A stretch of DNA of 55,491 nt from Catajapyx aquilonaris (Eukaryota), in the NCBI GenBank assembly GCA_000934665.2, contig JYFJ02002099.1, forward strand, positions 124,001 to 179,491, read 5' to 3'. Made by a program: the position numbers and the translations under genes. The notes under the pieces are model-generated. The model saw nothing but the letters and a program-made list of their open reading frames with translations, did not search any database and was not told where the DNA came from. Below, in pieces: positions 36,797 to 49,207 of this stretch (position 1 is the stretch's first letter; each line of letters starts with the position of its first letter).

Positions 36797-37772
36797 CATT
36801 GACTATAAATGTTATAGAGACATTTTAATTGCCAGCAAAGGTGTCATCGGTGTGTGTGCATGCGTGAGTGCGAGGTCATGAATTTTTATTTCCTATTTAT
36901 TTAGAAATGTACTATACGGTACGAGCATGGTGAGAGATATGTTAACTATTTTTTATGACATTGTTAATATCAAAATGTTGTTTCTGTTGTTGTTTATGAG
37001 GATTTTATGGCAAAAACTACGTCACCAACATTACGCATATACCGTGCGGGTGACTACACGTGATCTTAACAAATGACGTGGAACATTATATTAAATAATT
37101 GATGTCAATATGTTGTAAATTTTGCTAATAAAGACAACTTGGATAGAAAATTGGCTTCATGACTGTAGCGGCATCAGTATGCGACATGTACAGAATTTTT
37201 TGTAGTACAGTTATTTTTTAAATATTGTCGCCATTGTGTCATTACTTTTGTTGTACATTTGACATTATTTTATCGTTGGAAAAAAAATCCCGTAAAACCG
37301 GATCTGTCAACCGTCTTTGTCCATTAATCCCGCCATGACCTCCCATTGGTCAGCAGTCCACCAATAGGAATTAAGACTGGCCGATAGCTACTGCCATTCC
37401 AAAATAGCAAGTAGCAGTCATTTCAATCACACATGCTCATTACGACGACTGGCAACATCTATCAAATCATGCTGCCACCTAATTACGAGAGACATATGTT
37501 CAGACAAATTATGCACAAAAATTAATCAGTGCGACACACCCTGTGGGCACGACCAGGCCCTAACCATCCGATAGTTCTATTAGCTACTTTTCCCTACCAG
37601 GTTAAAAGTTGTGCAGCAAGCAGCTGCTGTGCTTCAATTCGCCCTGGCAGCAATGGCGGCGGCGATGGCGCACAAGACTTGGTTGAATCCCACGCAAGTC
37701 TAGTTGCGCTGGCCAAAATATATCGCACTCTCCCGTGTCTTCCTGTCCGCCCTGCTGACCGACCGAGTGGCC

Positions 37773-40700
37773 ATGGCGGCTGCCGATGGACCGTCCGGTT
37801 GGGCCTCCTCTAGAGGCGCAGAAGGAGCAGGGAGCGGCACAGGGGCGGGCTCGTCCTCTCAGCTGTTGAGGAGACTCTGCGTGCTCCTCACAGGGAAGAC
37901 TGATGGTAAACCACTCGTTTTGAGATGCACTTAGCTGTACTTTGATTTCACATAATGTTGCATAGGCTGTACAGTTGCAGGAGTAAGGTAGCAGACCTGA
38001 AGCTCAAAATAGCCTCCAAAGTGCGGAAGAGAGAGGAGCACCTCTCTTGGAGGCTAAGCTTCAGGCAAAGTGGAAGTGTATCCAACTTGCTGGATTGTTT
38101 TAATTCCCATTGCAGACCAAGTGATACCGCACTTCAAGCTGGCACTGGCGCTTCTCGCCAGCACGGATACTGGCATGATAGAAAGGGATGAATTCTACGT
38201 GGCAGAGGGCATCAAGAAGTTACTCACCAGGACTGGGAAGACACATCAGGTCACCACCTTCAACACGCTGCATCGGAAACTCATACGGAATGTAAGGGCT
38301 GCTTGTAATCAGTGTTGCAAAATTTGGAATGGCATTCATATTGACGGTAAGTTATGTAGATGAACCGCATTGAAAAGCTGTGAATTGTTATTAAAGGGCT
38401 TAAATCACAAGTAACCTTGAAGCACAATTGTATCAGGGAAGTCCAAGATTAGCCTCGATTAGTGGGGAGACGGAGTGGCTCTGCTGTAACGTATGCGCCC
38501 ACGGATGTAAGGGTCCCGGGTTCGATCCCAAGCCAGCCATTTCCCCCTTCATCTCGTGCAGAGTTGGATCATCTCTAGCTTCGTCTCGGGTGTAATCCGG
38601 GGGAGTTCACAAAATGTACCGTTACAGACATTGCACTTGCACCTTGCACATCCTCTCCCAGTCACCCTGCCCTTGGACCCGGGCACTTCGCTAAAAGGTT
38701 CCAAAAATGTACCTAAGGAAATAAAGGTCCATGCAATACCTCCTCTGAGGGAGGTTCGCACTACCCAAATTATAATTATAATTAAGATGAGCCTTGATTT
38801 AGGCGCTCTTTTTTTCCGTACCCACAGAGTGCCATTCAGCGTCGTGAATCCATCCTGGCCCTTTTGTTGAGTCTGGCGGAGAGTACAGCAAGGTCACACA
38901 CCAATGTTACAAGGATGCCCTCAGCGGTGGGAATGCTTGAGCCTATATCAATGCCAGCATTGCTTTGGACGCAGGAGAAGAAAAGTAAGCAATCTTCATG
39001 CAATGATGTGGTTGGAACCACACTGTATAACATTGCATTCCTATGAACAGAGAGGCAGCCACAATCGCAGCCTGCACTAGCAACCCTCCCTCCACAGGGC
39101 ATGAAGGAAAAGAAGTTTAATGAGGCGCATCCCATGCTGAAGATGCCAGGCAAAGGTCAGTTGAGTGATTATTCAAATATGGCACAGCCTCGATATAATG
39201 ATGTACTGTTATTGTTGTTTTTCTTTTTGTTGTCAAAGGAGTGTCAAAGACTGTTGCAGAATCCCGTCTGCTGAGAGACATACTCTTTGTGTTCCAAGGA
39301 ATTGATGGCCAGTACATCAAGTATGATGATGTTAAGGAGAGATACCAATTGTGCCAAGATGTAAGCATTTTATTTTTTTTAATAATAAGGAATACAGGCA
39401 AAAAAAAAATTACGTAGATTATTACCCTTTGATTGCCAGCTCATTTAGATTAGAAGTGTAATGTTCAGGTTTTGTCATAAATGTCGTTAATTATTTAAAA
39501 CACAAATAGGACTTTGCTGCCCATAGCATTAGCCTCAGTTATCGTAACATGTTTTCAGGCTTCTTTTAATTTGAGAGTATTGTACTGTATGTGCATGAAT
39601 ATTTTTTAGGTCCCCATCCCCTACCCACATCAAGTGGCGCTCCTGCGGATGTCAGAGTTGGGCTGGTTGTTCCGAAAAGTTGATGCATTCTGCACGGAGA
39701 TGGCCACTGACCCATGCCTAGGAGTGGTGGGTCAGGCACTGGTGTCCGCCTTGAGAGAAGAGATGTTGGAATGGAGTCGGCTGGTGGCCGTTCTAGATGC
39801 ACAGCTCCAGGCTGATGGAGAAGCTGAGACACCATTGGGTGAGGAAAGGCCTGCACTTACCCTGAGACGCTTGCAAGTCTGGACGTTGGAACCTGCATTC
39901 CGGTAGTTATTTTCTATGATTCATTATATTCTCCTCGTGACATTTGCCGTCCGCATGACATATTGTGGAAATTTACAGGCTACGAATGCTGGCAGTGATG
40001 GTGGATTCCATCCAAGGTGCAAGAGGCGGTGCACTAGTGTCCACTCTTTACAACTTCCTCCAGCATGGTGACCCCCTGTGGACTCAGCTAGTGGGTCGCG
40101 TCCTGTGCCACACGTGCAAGCCTCTGCTCCACATGGTGCGACAGTGGATTGTACAGGGAAAGCTGGATGATACGCACCACGAGTTCTTTATTGCATCGGA
40201 GGCAGGAGTGTCACGTGACCGCCTCTGGCACGACAAGTACAGCCTGAGGAAGGCCATGTTGCCAAGATTCATTTCAGCAGAGTTGGCACAAAACATTCTG
40301 GCCACTGGGAAGGGAATCAACTTCCTGAAAGAGGTGGCAGAAGAAGATGTCCTGGAGCTGGAAGGCAAGGAAGCATGGAGCAAGACCCTGGAAAGTGCGC
40401 CCGTTGAATCAGTTTTTCTAGAGCAAGATGCTGAATTGCAAAATACCATACAATTGGCATACAGAGTCACATCCAGGTACGGTTTTTGAAAGCGCTAAGA
40501 AAGTGTGTGCAACTTATTTATTATCTAACAGTGAACTGTAAAATATCGTTCTCGATTTGAAGAACCCACGGTCTTACTTTAAAAAATTGTGTGCCTCCAG
40601 GTCTGTGCTAGATGTGATGTTGAACCGGTTCCATGTGATGGACCACTTGCATGCCCTGAGGAAGTACCTTCTGCTGGGCCAGGGTGACTTCATCCGTTAC

Positions 40701-42207
40701 CTGATGGAGCTCCTGGATCCTGAACTGAACAAGTGTGTGACTAGCCTGTACCCCCACACACTAACAGGGATTCTGGAAACAGCAGTCCGCTCCACAAATG
40801 CACAGTACGAGGATGAGGATATCCTGAACCGCCTAGATACTCGACTGATGGAGACAGTGGGAGCAGACACTGGTTGGGATGCCTTCACTTTGGACTACCA
40901 CGTGAATGGACCCATCGGAACAGTGTTCACACATGATGTGATGATGACGTACAGCCAACTGTTTTCTGCTTTTTGGAGATGCAAGCGGATGGAGTGGATA
41001 ACCACAGGGCTGTGGAAGCGTCAGATCATCATGGCCAAGAAGGTGCGGGGCAAGATAAAGGAGCTGAGCAATTCACTCCATCTACTCAACCTTGTCACTC
41101 TGGAGGCAGTCCACATGGTTCACCAGACTCAGTACTACATGGCATTTGAGGTCATGGCCTGCTCCTGGGAGGCTCTGGTCAAGAAAATCAATGAAGCCCA
41201 ATCATTGGATGAATTCGTGGCTGCACATCACAACTTCTTGTCAGGAGTGAAGAGAGCCGCACTCATGGATCGCAAGTCAGAGGTCAGCCCCCTTTGTGTG
41301 TCGAGACCTCAAAACCTATTTTAATGCCTATTAGTATCAATCTCATGAGTATGAATTATTATTTGATTAGAGATTTTCCCCTTGCTTGGATTCATACAGC
41401 CAGTCATTAGACCTTGTCTATTATTTTGGGTTGAGTCAGCTATAACAAGACCTGGAATCAATAAAGTGGTTACATGATTTTATCTTTGCCGTCCACAGAA
41501 GCCGCTGAACCTCTTGCGAAGCCTGTTTGACCTGATCCAGGGCTTCTCCACCTGGCTGGCTGATGTGGAGGAGGTGGCAGAGGTGGAACTGAAGCGCAGG
41601 AAAGCATACGAAGACCAGGCGGAAGAGAGGCGGAAAGCAGGCATGTTCAGCCTTACCGCAGAGGAGGAAGCCAAGGAAGCGAAAATTAGGGAGAAGTTCA
41701 GAGTAGATTACGTCAACAAGGTGACAGCCAAGCTCAGGGTCAACGGACATATCTTCCAGGTCGGTGTTTTTCTGCTTTTCACATTATAATAAATGAATCG
41801 GTCATTTGGAAAAGGGGTCATCTCCAGCGCATCTCCAGAGGATATGACCCCTTTTCAAAATGACCGATTCAAATAGATTATAACTTACACTCCCAGGTAC
41901 AAGCATACCTATGCAAATCCCAATAAGGAAAGCACTAACAACTTCTCATTTCCAGAACACCTTATGTGAATTCTTGAAGAGCCTGACGAGCCAGCCAGAT
42001 ATAAGCCTCCAGTGCCTGTGCTTCCGCTTGGACTTCAATGAGTACTATAAGAGCAGAGATGCTGATCTCAGGAGCAACATGACCTACCAGCATCGGAGGC
42101 AATCCGGATACACTGGGGGCATTGATACATCCCCTTTTGCCACCTCCGTCCGGCCCACTTCTCCAAGCTTATTATCTCACAGACTGCCAAATGGTCATCC
42201 GCAATGA
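37773..42207 (+). CDS. TUBGCP3: Gamma-tubulin complex component 3
   Basis: LLRDILFVFQGIDG, SELGWL, LTLRRLQVW, LWHDKYSLRKAMLPRFI, LRKYLLLGQGDFIRYLM, GWDAFTLDYHV, FRLDFNEYY; about 10 exons. Confidence 0.95.
38461..38783 (+). mobile_element. tRNA-derived SINE, copy 2, with a different 3' tail
   Basis: B box GGTTCGATCCC; body matches 8939-9270; TSD AAGAT(T/G)AGCCT(C/T)GATT at 38445-38460 and 38784-38799; ATT-rich tail. Confidence 0.85.
41794..41871. repeat. Intronic hairpin (28-bp stem with one mismatch, ~22-nt loop)
   Basis: tgaatcggtcatttggaaaaggggtcat / atgaccccttttcaaaatgaccgattca. Confidence 0.8.
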
Positions 42208-42449
42208 ACTGTTTCCAATTATTATATTTTCCTCGACACCCCCATCACATCTGCTTCCAAACATTGATAAACTCTAATTTGAGGCATGGACATTCCCTGT
42301 GCCTAACGCAACTGGGTTTTTACTTCGCTGCAAATACTGTTTACAAAGAGCCAACAATTTTATGTACAGGCACCGGTGACGTGGCTGATGACTTGTGTGT
42401 CCGAAAACAAAACCAGAGGTAAGCGGCTACGGAATTTCTGCTGCCCCTT

Positions 42450-45400
42450 TTAGATAGGGATCTCAAATTTGACATCCACCTTGGCTGCCCTGGCCAGACC
42501 AACAATGTTGGACAGCTTGACTGCCAGACGAGCAGCTTCATCCAGGTTGTCGCAGGGCAGGATCTTCAGCCCAGAACTTGCAACCAGAACCTTTGCATCA
42601 TCTACGTTAGTGCCCTGCAATAGAAAATGTGGATACAGCCAACATTATTTTTTTATATCTCGGTCCATAAGAAATTAGTTTTCATTCTTACCCAGTGAAA
42701 AAACAAAAAACAAAAGTGAAATATCTGTTCACCTTGTTTCTTCAACTCACTCAAGGGACCTGAAACCCCTTTCATTTTCCTTGCATTTTGGAATGCCCCA
42801 TCTTATGTTAATTCACTTTGGATATGCCACCTCCATTAATCACACGTAATTGTTGCTGACAATAAAAAAATTGCTCTAGACTACCCAACCATTTTTCCTT
42901 GCCAAATTCTACGCAAACTTAATAACTGGACAGGCACATATTACATCAAATGTATTCATAATGTAAAAGAACAAAGCCAGAGGGCCAGTTTATAAAGTTT
43001 AGGACAAAATCTTTGATGACATCGGATTACAAATTGTGAATGCCTATATCCCAGCCTATATCTAATTGGATATTTTTTTCTAATATTATTTCATACAACC
43101 AACTCTTGAGTCTCCACAATAAAACTTTCTTGTTACCTGGAGCCTGCAGACAATGGGTATGGCGAGATTGAGCTCCTTTGCAGCTGCAATGATACCCTCA
43201 GCGATGACATCACACCTCATGATACCACCGAAGATGTTGACCATGATGGCATGCACCTTGGGGTCAGCAGTAATGATCTTGAAAGCCTCCTTAACCTGCT
43301 CGGCAGTGGCCCCTCCTCCTACATCCAGGAAGTTAGCAGGATCCCCACCATGCAGCTTGATGATGTCCATGGTGGCCATGGCCAGCCCAGCACCATTCAC
43401 CAAGCAGCCAATATCACCATCCAGGGCAATGTAGTTCAGATTGTGCTTGGCTGCCTCCACTTCCTTCTCGTCCTCCTGTGACCAGTCCCGGCGATCAAAC
43501 ACAGCCTTCTGGCGGAAGTCAGCATTGTCATCGAAGCGCATCTTGGCATCCAGGCAGAAGACTACAGAAGTTGTGATGCATTGGTTAATACGCCACAGTT
43601 TCAAGTTTTGGCATGGAAAGATAGGGCTAGCAATCAAGGTCACTCACACTCTCCACCATTGTCCTCTGCAAATGGGTTGACTTCAATGAGAGTGGCGTCA
43701 GTCTTCAAGAAGAGATCGTACAGGCGAACAAACACTTCTCCCACCTCATCACGGCGTTTCTTGAGGCCCAGCTTGTCAGCCAGTGCCAGTGCCTGCTCCT
43801 TGCCTAGACCTGAAGTGAGGGGGAATAAAAATCAATAGCTTTTTGATATCCCGTAACTTGGAAAGGGACGAATTTAATATTGGGGTCTGCCACCCAAGGT
43901 GTGTTGAATTTTCACTGCAATTCAAAAACGTGTGCCCCAGTGCAAATGAGTCACCTCTTCACGCACTTGCCATTGCCAGGTAAAACATACTGTTGTTACG
44001 TATAAGCAACAAATCTAATTGCAGAAAATATAAAGTTGGTATTGAATGCGTCTAAAGAGATCCTTCGAGTGACACACACACGTCAGGTCAAAGGGCATCC
44101 ACTGCTATTGGTGTGGGTCACTTCAAAAAGGGATTGTGCAGAGAGAGAAAAATCAACCTCATGACCTTGCACCAAGTAATCATTCCCCACTGTTCTAGTG
44201 TCACTCATGCCACTCAAACATTGAGGTCGTCCCTAGCTTCCTCATTACACACCCCTCCACACAATTGATCTATTGCAAACAGGCCGCCGAACCCACCTTT
44301 GGTTATATCCACTGGCTCCGTTATGATGGCTTCTGGAGACTCTTCTGCTACATCCTCAATGTTAACCCCTCCCTGAGAAGAGGCGATGATGACTGGTCCA
44401 CCAAATGCCCGCTCCATCATAATGGCAAAGTAGTATTCCTTCCTTGGGTACTTCCTCTCGCAGACCATGACTGAGTTACATATCCTGCCCATTTCCCCAG
44501 TCTGCTTGGTGATGAGCAGGTCCCCAATCATCTTCCCTGCATAATCCTCTGCCTCTTTTGGGGAGAAGACCAGCTGCACCCCGCCTTTCAGGCCACCCTT
44601 GAAGTGGCCCCTGCCACGCCCTCCAGTGAGCACCTGCGCCTTCACAACCAGATCTTTAGTCTTCAGGTCAGCGGCAATCTTGGAGGCCTCCTGACGAGAT
44701 GTGGCCACACCAAACTTGGGGACTGGAATTCCACCCTCTTTAAGCAGGCTGAATGACACATGCTCATGGACATTCAAGTGACGACGTTGCTCTAAGGAGG
44801 GGAGTGACGGGAACAGAACCTAAAAAATTGTCACAATATTTTAGATAAGGGTTGAAAAAGTCATAAGTATTCTACAAGAATGTAAAATAACATCAGTACA
44901 ACGTTACGATTATCCAACAATATTTTACGTGCTAAATGCTATACAAATGCTTTATCTCTTGCTCATGGAATTGCTTAATATATTATGGAGCTGACTATTC
45001 ACAAGAGTTTCATTTCTAGACATCAACAGTACTGAAGGTCAAAAAACTCGAGAGATATGATTTTTCATTGACATTGGCACATGTCACATGAGGTCAGGGG
45101 CACATGAATTTTTATAAATAACATGGACTCAAGACAATATACATATTCCCTCAACTTCATTTAATTACAATACTTGAGCTCCTTAACATGTGCAACACAC
45201 AACTAGTCTAACTTCTACAACACAATTTGTAACTTTGTTTGCAGAATTGTACTTCTCTAGAATGAAATTGAAGAAATTGCATGCTATTCATTCACAAGCA
45301 AGGCATGATAACATTGTTATTTGATGAAAACCAAAAGTCCAAGTTGACAGCTCAACTACTTGATAAACTTGGCACCTAGTGAGAAGAGTTGTAACCCTCA

Positions 45401-46791
45401 AAGCCTTCCACATTGTCTGTTTATAGATTTGTTATTACCTCAGATTTTCCTTTTGTAAGGATGTAGCTGTTGTACATAAATTGAAGACCTCAGGAGAAGA
45501 ACGATCAAGGTCCACTTTTTGTCAAAATTGAGTTACATATCTCAGAAGATACTTTCACTAGTGTAGAATATGATGGTTTGGTCGTGGTTGTGGAGTTATG
45601 GTCATACGTCACTATGGTCCATGGAAGGCCCTAAAAGTGGGATTAACAATGGAGCCTTCGAAATTTAAAATTTGATTAAGTTATCTCAGTTTCACCTGAA
45701 GTGGACCTTGATCGTTTTTCTCCCGAGGTCTTCAATTATTATAATGCACATAAGTTACATTAATGCTAACAATCAGCTTAGCATACACATGCTAGTATTA
45801 GCCTACAAAAATTAATTCAGCCTTATAATTATGATGTACAAATGTTATGTAAGGAAAATCACAACATTTCCTGTAAAATCCTTGGTGCCCAATAGTGCAT
45901 GACATGCCAAGAAATATTTTTTTAAATATTCATGGTACATATACCTAGTAAAACCTCGATCTATCGTTCCCAGATGTATAATTCAATTCCTAAGGTCTCG
46001 GAACAAATCCTATTAAATATAGCCTCCTGCTCGTATGTTCTCAGGCGTCCTGACAAAAACTGTGAATCGAGGTTTCACTGTCGCTTGAGGTGTGCTATGT
46101 AATGTCAGCATCCATTTCTCTATTAAATGGGCACAGTATCTAAATTAAACATGCTCCACAGAACTCACCCTCTAATGCAGCGTTTCTCAACCTTTCTAAC
46201 CTTGCAGAACCCTTAAAACAATATTAATGTCCCAGGGAGCCCCTACATAAAAATCATTGTATTATCGATGATGACTCTAGTCATCACTGTTTCTCCTGGA
46301 ACCTCGGTTGAGAAACGCTGCTCTAATGGAGACTAAAACATTGAATTTGAATCAGTGTCATCGAAAGTGCTTTGGAGCAGGTGTTATGATATGTTTACAT
46401 CAACAGAACCCATCCAAACCTCATTTCAACCCATGTCGCAAGCACCAGATAAGCGGACACATGCAAATGCCCCGCCGGTCATCAAACTGTGCATAAATAC
46501 TCCTCCCTGCTGATAATGCAGTGATTAGAAACCTATTAGTCGGCTGTCCCCCTGACCTCCCTTCAGATTAGCCCGCAAAAATTAGCACCCCACAGGAACA
46601 CGCATAATTAATGCAACAGGATGTTCCACCACATCCAAACTTTCCCCCCCATCAAATTTCGGGTGTGTCCAACCCCTACAAGTGTCCCTCGTCCACCGCC
46701 CCTCCCTTGACCTTTGACCCACCTTAGGTGCGTTCCTGAGGGCCAACTTCTCCGCGATGAGTGCTCCCCTGGACAGAATTGCGGCCGCCAT
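42450..46791 (-). CDS. SUCLA2: Succinate-CoA ligase [ADP-forming] subunit beta, mitochondrial
   Basis: [69 protein letters not shown]. Exons 46723-46791, 44297-44819, 43648-43809, 43137-43561, 42450-42614. Confidence 0.95.
45479..45737. mobile_element. MITE with ~40-bp TIRs
   Basis: aattgaagacctcaggagaagaacgatcaaggtccactt / aagtggaccttgatcgtttttctcccgaggtcttcaatt. Confidence 0.75.
45946..46080. mobile_element. Tigger/pogo-like MITE remnant
   Basis: tagtaaaacctcgat ... atcgaggtttcactg. Confidence 0.6.
46178..46320. mobile_element. hAT-Charlie-like MITE
   Basis: Perfect 15-bp TIR CAGCGTTTCTCAACC; 8-bp TSD CTCTAATG on both sides. Confidence 0.9.
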
Positions 46792-47009
46792 CTTTCCCTC
46801 TCAGAACACTCCCGTCGACTGACCGAGGCCCCTACCGGTCCAAAAGGACTATCTTTAGAACTTCCCGAGCCAGCAGGACGCAGGACAAAATTGCATAACC
46901 AGCACTCTTTTTTTTATGATTATTTATTTCCCCTTTTCCAGACGGTCATCGACTGACCCCGGATTTCGTGTCCATTCAAAAAGATTTCGAAGGGTAATGA
47001 TTTTAAATC

Positions 47010-47050
47010 GTTCCAAAATGGCGCCTGGTGACGTCACGTGGCGCCAACAA
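47010..47050. promoter_or_regulatory. Motif cluster upstream of SUCLA2
   Basis: CAAAATGGCG (YY1-like) followed by overlapping CRE/E-box GTGACGTCACGTG, about 230 bp upstream of the ATG. Confidence 0.45.
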
Positions 47051-47576
47051 TCGAAAGCTGGATGAATAATTGTTCGATTCTTCAGGACCTTTCACCTCTC
47101 TATTAAATTTTATTACGATTATTTCATCATTAGCAGCTAGGATTGTATTGCTTCAACCAGAGCAGCAATAATTGTGCATATTAATAATTTATTTTCTGAT
47201 AATTAATAGGCCTATCCCGCCTAGATGAATTATATTATATTCTGCATAATTTACGTACTCACTGGTGTATTTGGCAATTTGTAGGGCTTGCATCGGAAGT
47301 ACAGTACATACAATATTATTGCTACAGCACTTCAGTCTTTGCGGGTCGCAGGGGGAAACAATATGTGAGAGCATAATCATGGCGGCAGTCTCATTTCGAA
47401 TGGAATTGAAATTGATGGGCCATATGTTTGCTCTCTCTCCCTGATCTCATAACCTGATCATATTTCAGCCTGAAATATGAAATCAATGTAGTAAGGAAAT
47501 CATTGAATATAACACATTTTCATTCTTCGCATTGAAATTGTGAACATGAGGGCGTAGAAATGTGTCCAATTTTCAA

Positions 47577-47762
47577 GGTGCGTTTACATGTGAGCGATTT
47601 GACAAGCGAAGTTGTCACTGAGCAAAGTAACCAATATTGGTTGAGGTGAAAGTAACAATTGATTTTTGCCTCCAACAATAATACTGGTAACTCGGGTTAC
47701 TCAGGGTTGTTACCACTCGGCGATGACATCGTGCTATCGAATCGCTCATATGTAAACGCTGC
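47577..47762. mobile_element. PIF/Harbinger-like MITE
   Basis: ggtgcgtttacatgtgagcgatt ... aatcgctcatatgtaaacgc inverted termini with further internal symmetry. Confidence 0.65.
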
Positions 47763-49207
47763 TTCCAGCGATTCCTGCCCCATGGTAAGCAAATTAACTT
47801 TTCAGAGACGCCATTTTTCTCTCACTTCAACTCACCATAAAGGTCGTTTTTAGGCCGAAAATGGGGGAAAGACCAACTAGGTGCCTTGTGTGACATCATC
47901 TACTTTTTTTGGTGCAATTTCTGTGTTGACTGAACCATTTTTGCAGCTGTACGTACAGCCACAGACATGATTGTAGGCAATGTCGAATCCTCCTATGCTG
48001 CATGCATAAACAAGTTTGTTGGTGGTCGTTGCCAGAGGCGCTGATTGTTGTGGGAAGAATACGAGGCTCGAAGCAAGTGTTGAGCTTGGCAAACGAGACA
48101 GGGATTGTTGGAGAGGGGGCAACAAATGCCTTCTATTGTTTTACAACCATTCCATAGGCTCACTTTGACAGCTATAGCTGCAGAGCCATCTGACTACCAC
48201 ATTTTTGCTACTGCGACCCTTATTATAAAATTATTATGCTGCCTCCGACCCCCGTAACTTTCGAGAGGCATGGTGAGGCTTATCAGTAGTTAGGTAGGAT
48301 GCCACATCGCTTGAGTTTGTGGCGCTTTTGTTCCGGTTTTTTAGTACTCTACCCCAGACCACGCCTTCTTGTAAGCTAGTGGGGGCATCCACGTTCTCTC
48401 GATGCTTTATCAATTCATATTAATAAATTTCACCGCAGTGAGGGGTGTCGTGCCATGCCCTGTGGTGAGAAGCCACCAGGGGGGACTCTGGAGATCTATG
48501 TGATAATGGGAATAGTTTCCCGACCTCCTCGGCCATGAGTTGCTACCAAGAACCATCCAAGATGCACTTTTTCATCTTAAAAAATACTGGAAAAAAGTAT
48601 AAGGTGTATGTTATTTGAAGATTCAGGTACAGAGCAAGAATACTTTTTCTAACATTTCACTATTTAAAACTTGGGGTACAATTCACATTTGAGTATATGC
48701 AGTCAATCTTGACGAAAGACCTGGGGATTGGCAAAGAAGAGAAATGGACCAAATGCTATAAACAATGAATTTTAATCCAGGTACTCGTAATACCAGACAG
48801 CAAACATTTCTAGTTCCTGATGGCAGTGATTTGTCAACTTTTAGGAGTTGATTATTCTATTATTGAGAATCCATGACATTAGAAAGGCAGAAAAAAATTT
48901 ATACCAACAATGGCAACTTTTTAATATACATGTTGTACATAAGACTCATTCTCTGTAACAAACATGGTTACCAATACCTTATGAGTAAGATTATGAAAGA
49001 AGACAATGTCAGCCATACAAAGACATGTGTGTATGGCAAAAGGAACAAAAGAAATGAGCTAAAGAAAATTGTGCATGTCTCATGCAAATCTCTTGGTAAC
49101 GACCCTGCTACTTATTAAAAAGCCTCAGAACAATCTTAAAATTGCAGTTGCCGCTACCGACTTTTCCAACATAATGCTATGAGCACTTGTTAACAGTGGC
49201 TCTCCCT

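Noticed and set aside
38589..38702. Possible HDV-like ribozyme in the SINE body (GCTAA after a hairpin)
   Set aside because: Could not build the nested P1/P2/P3/P1.1 double pseudoknot.
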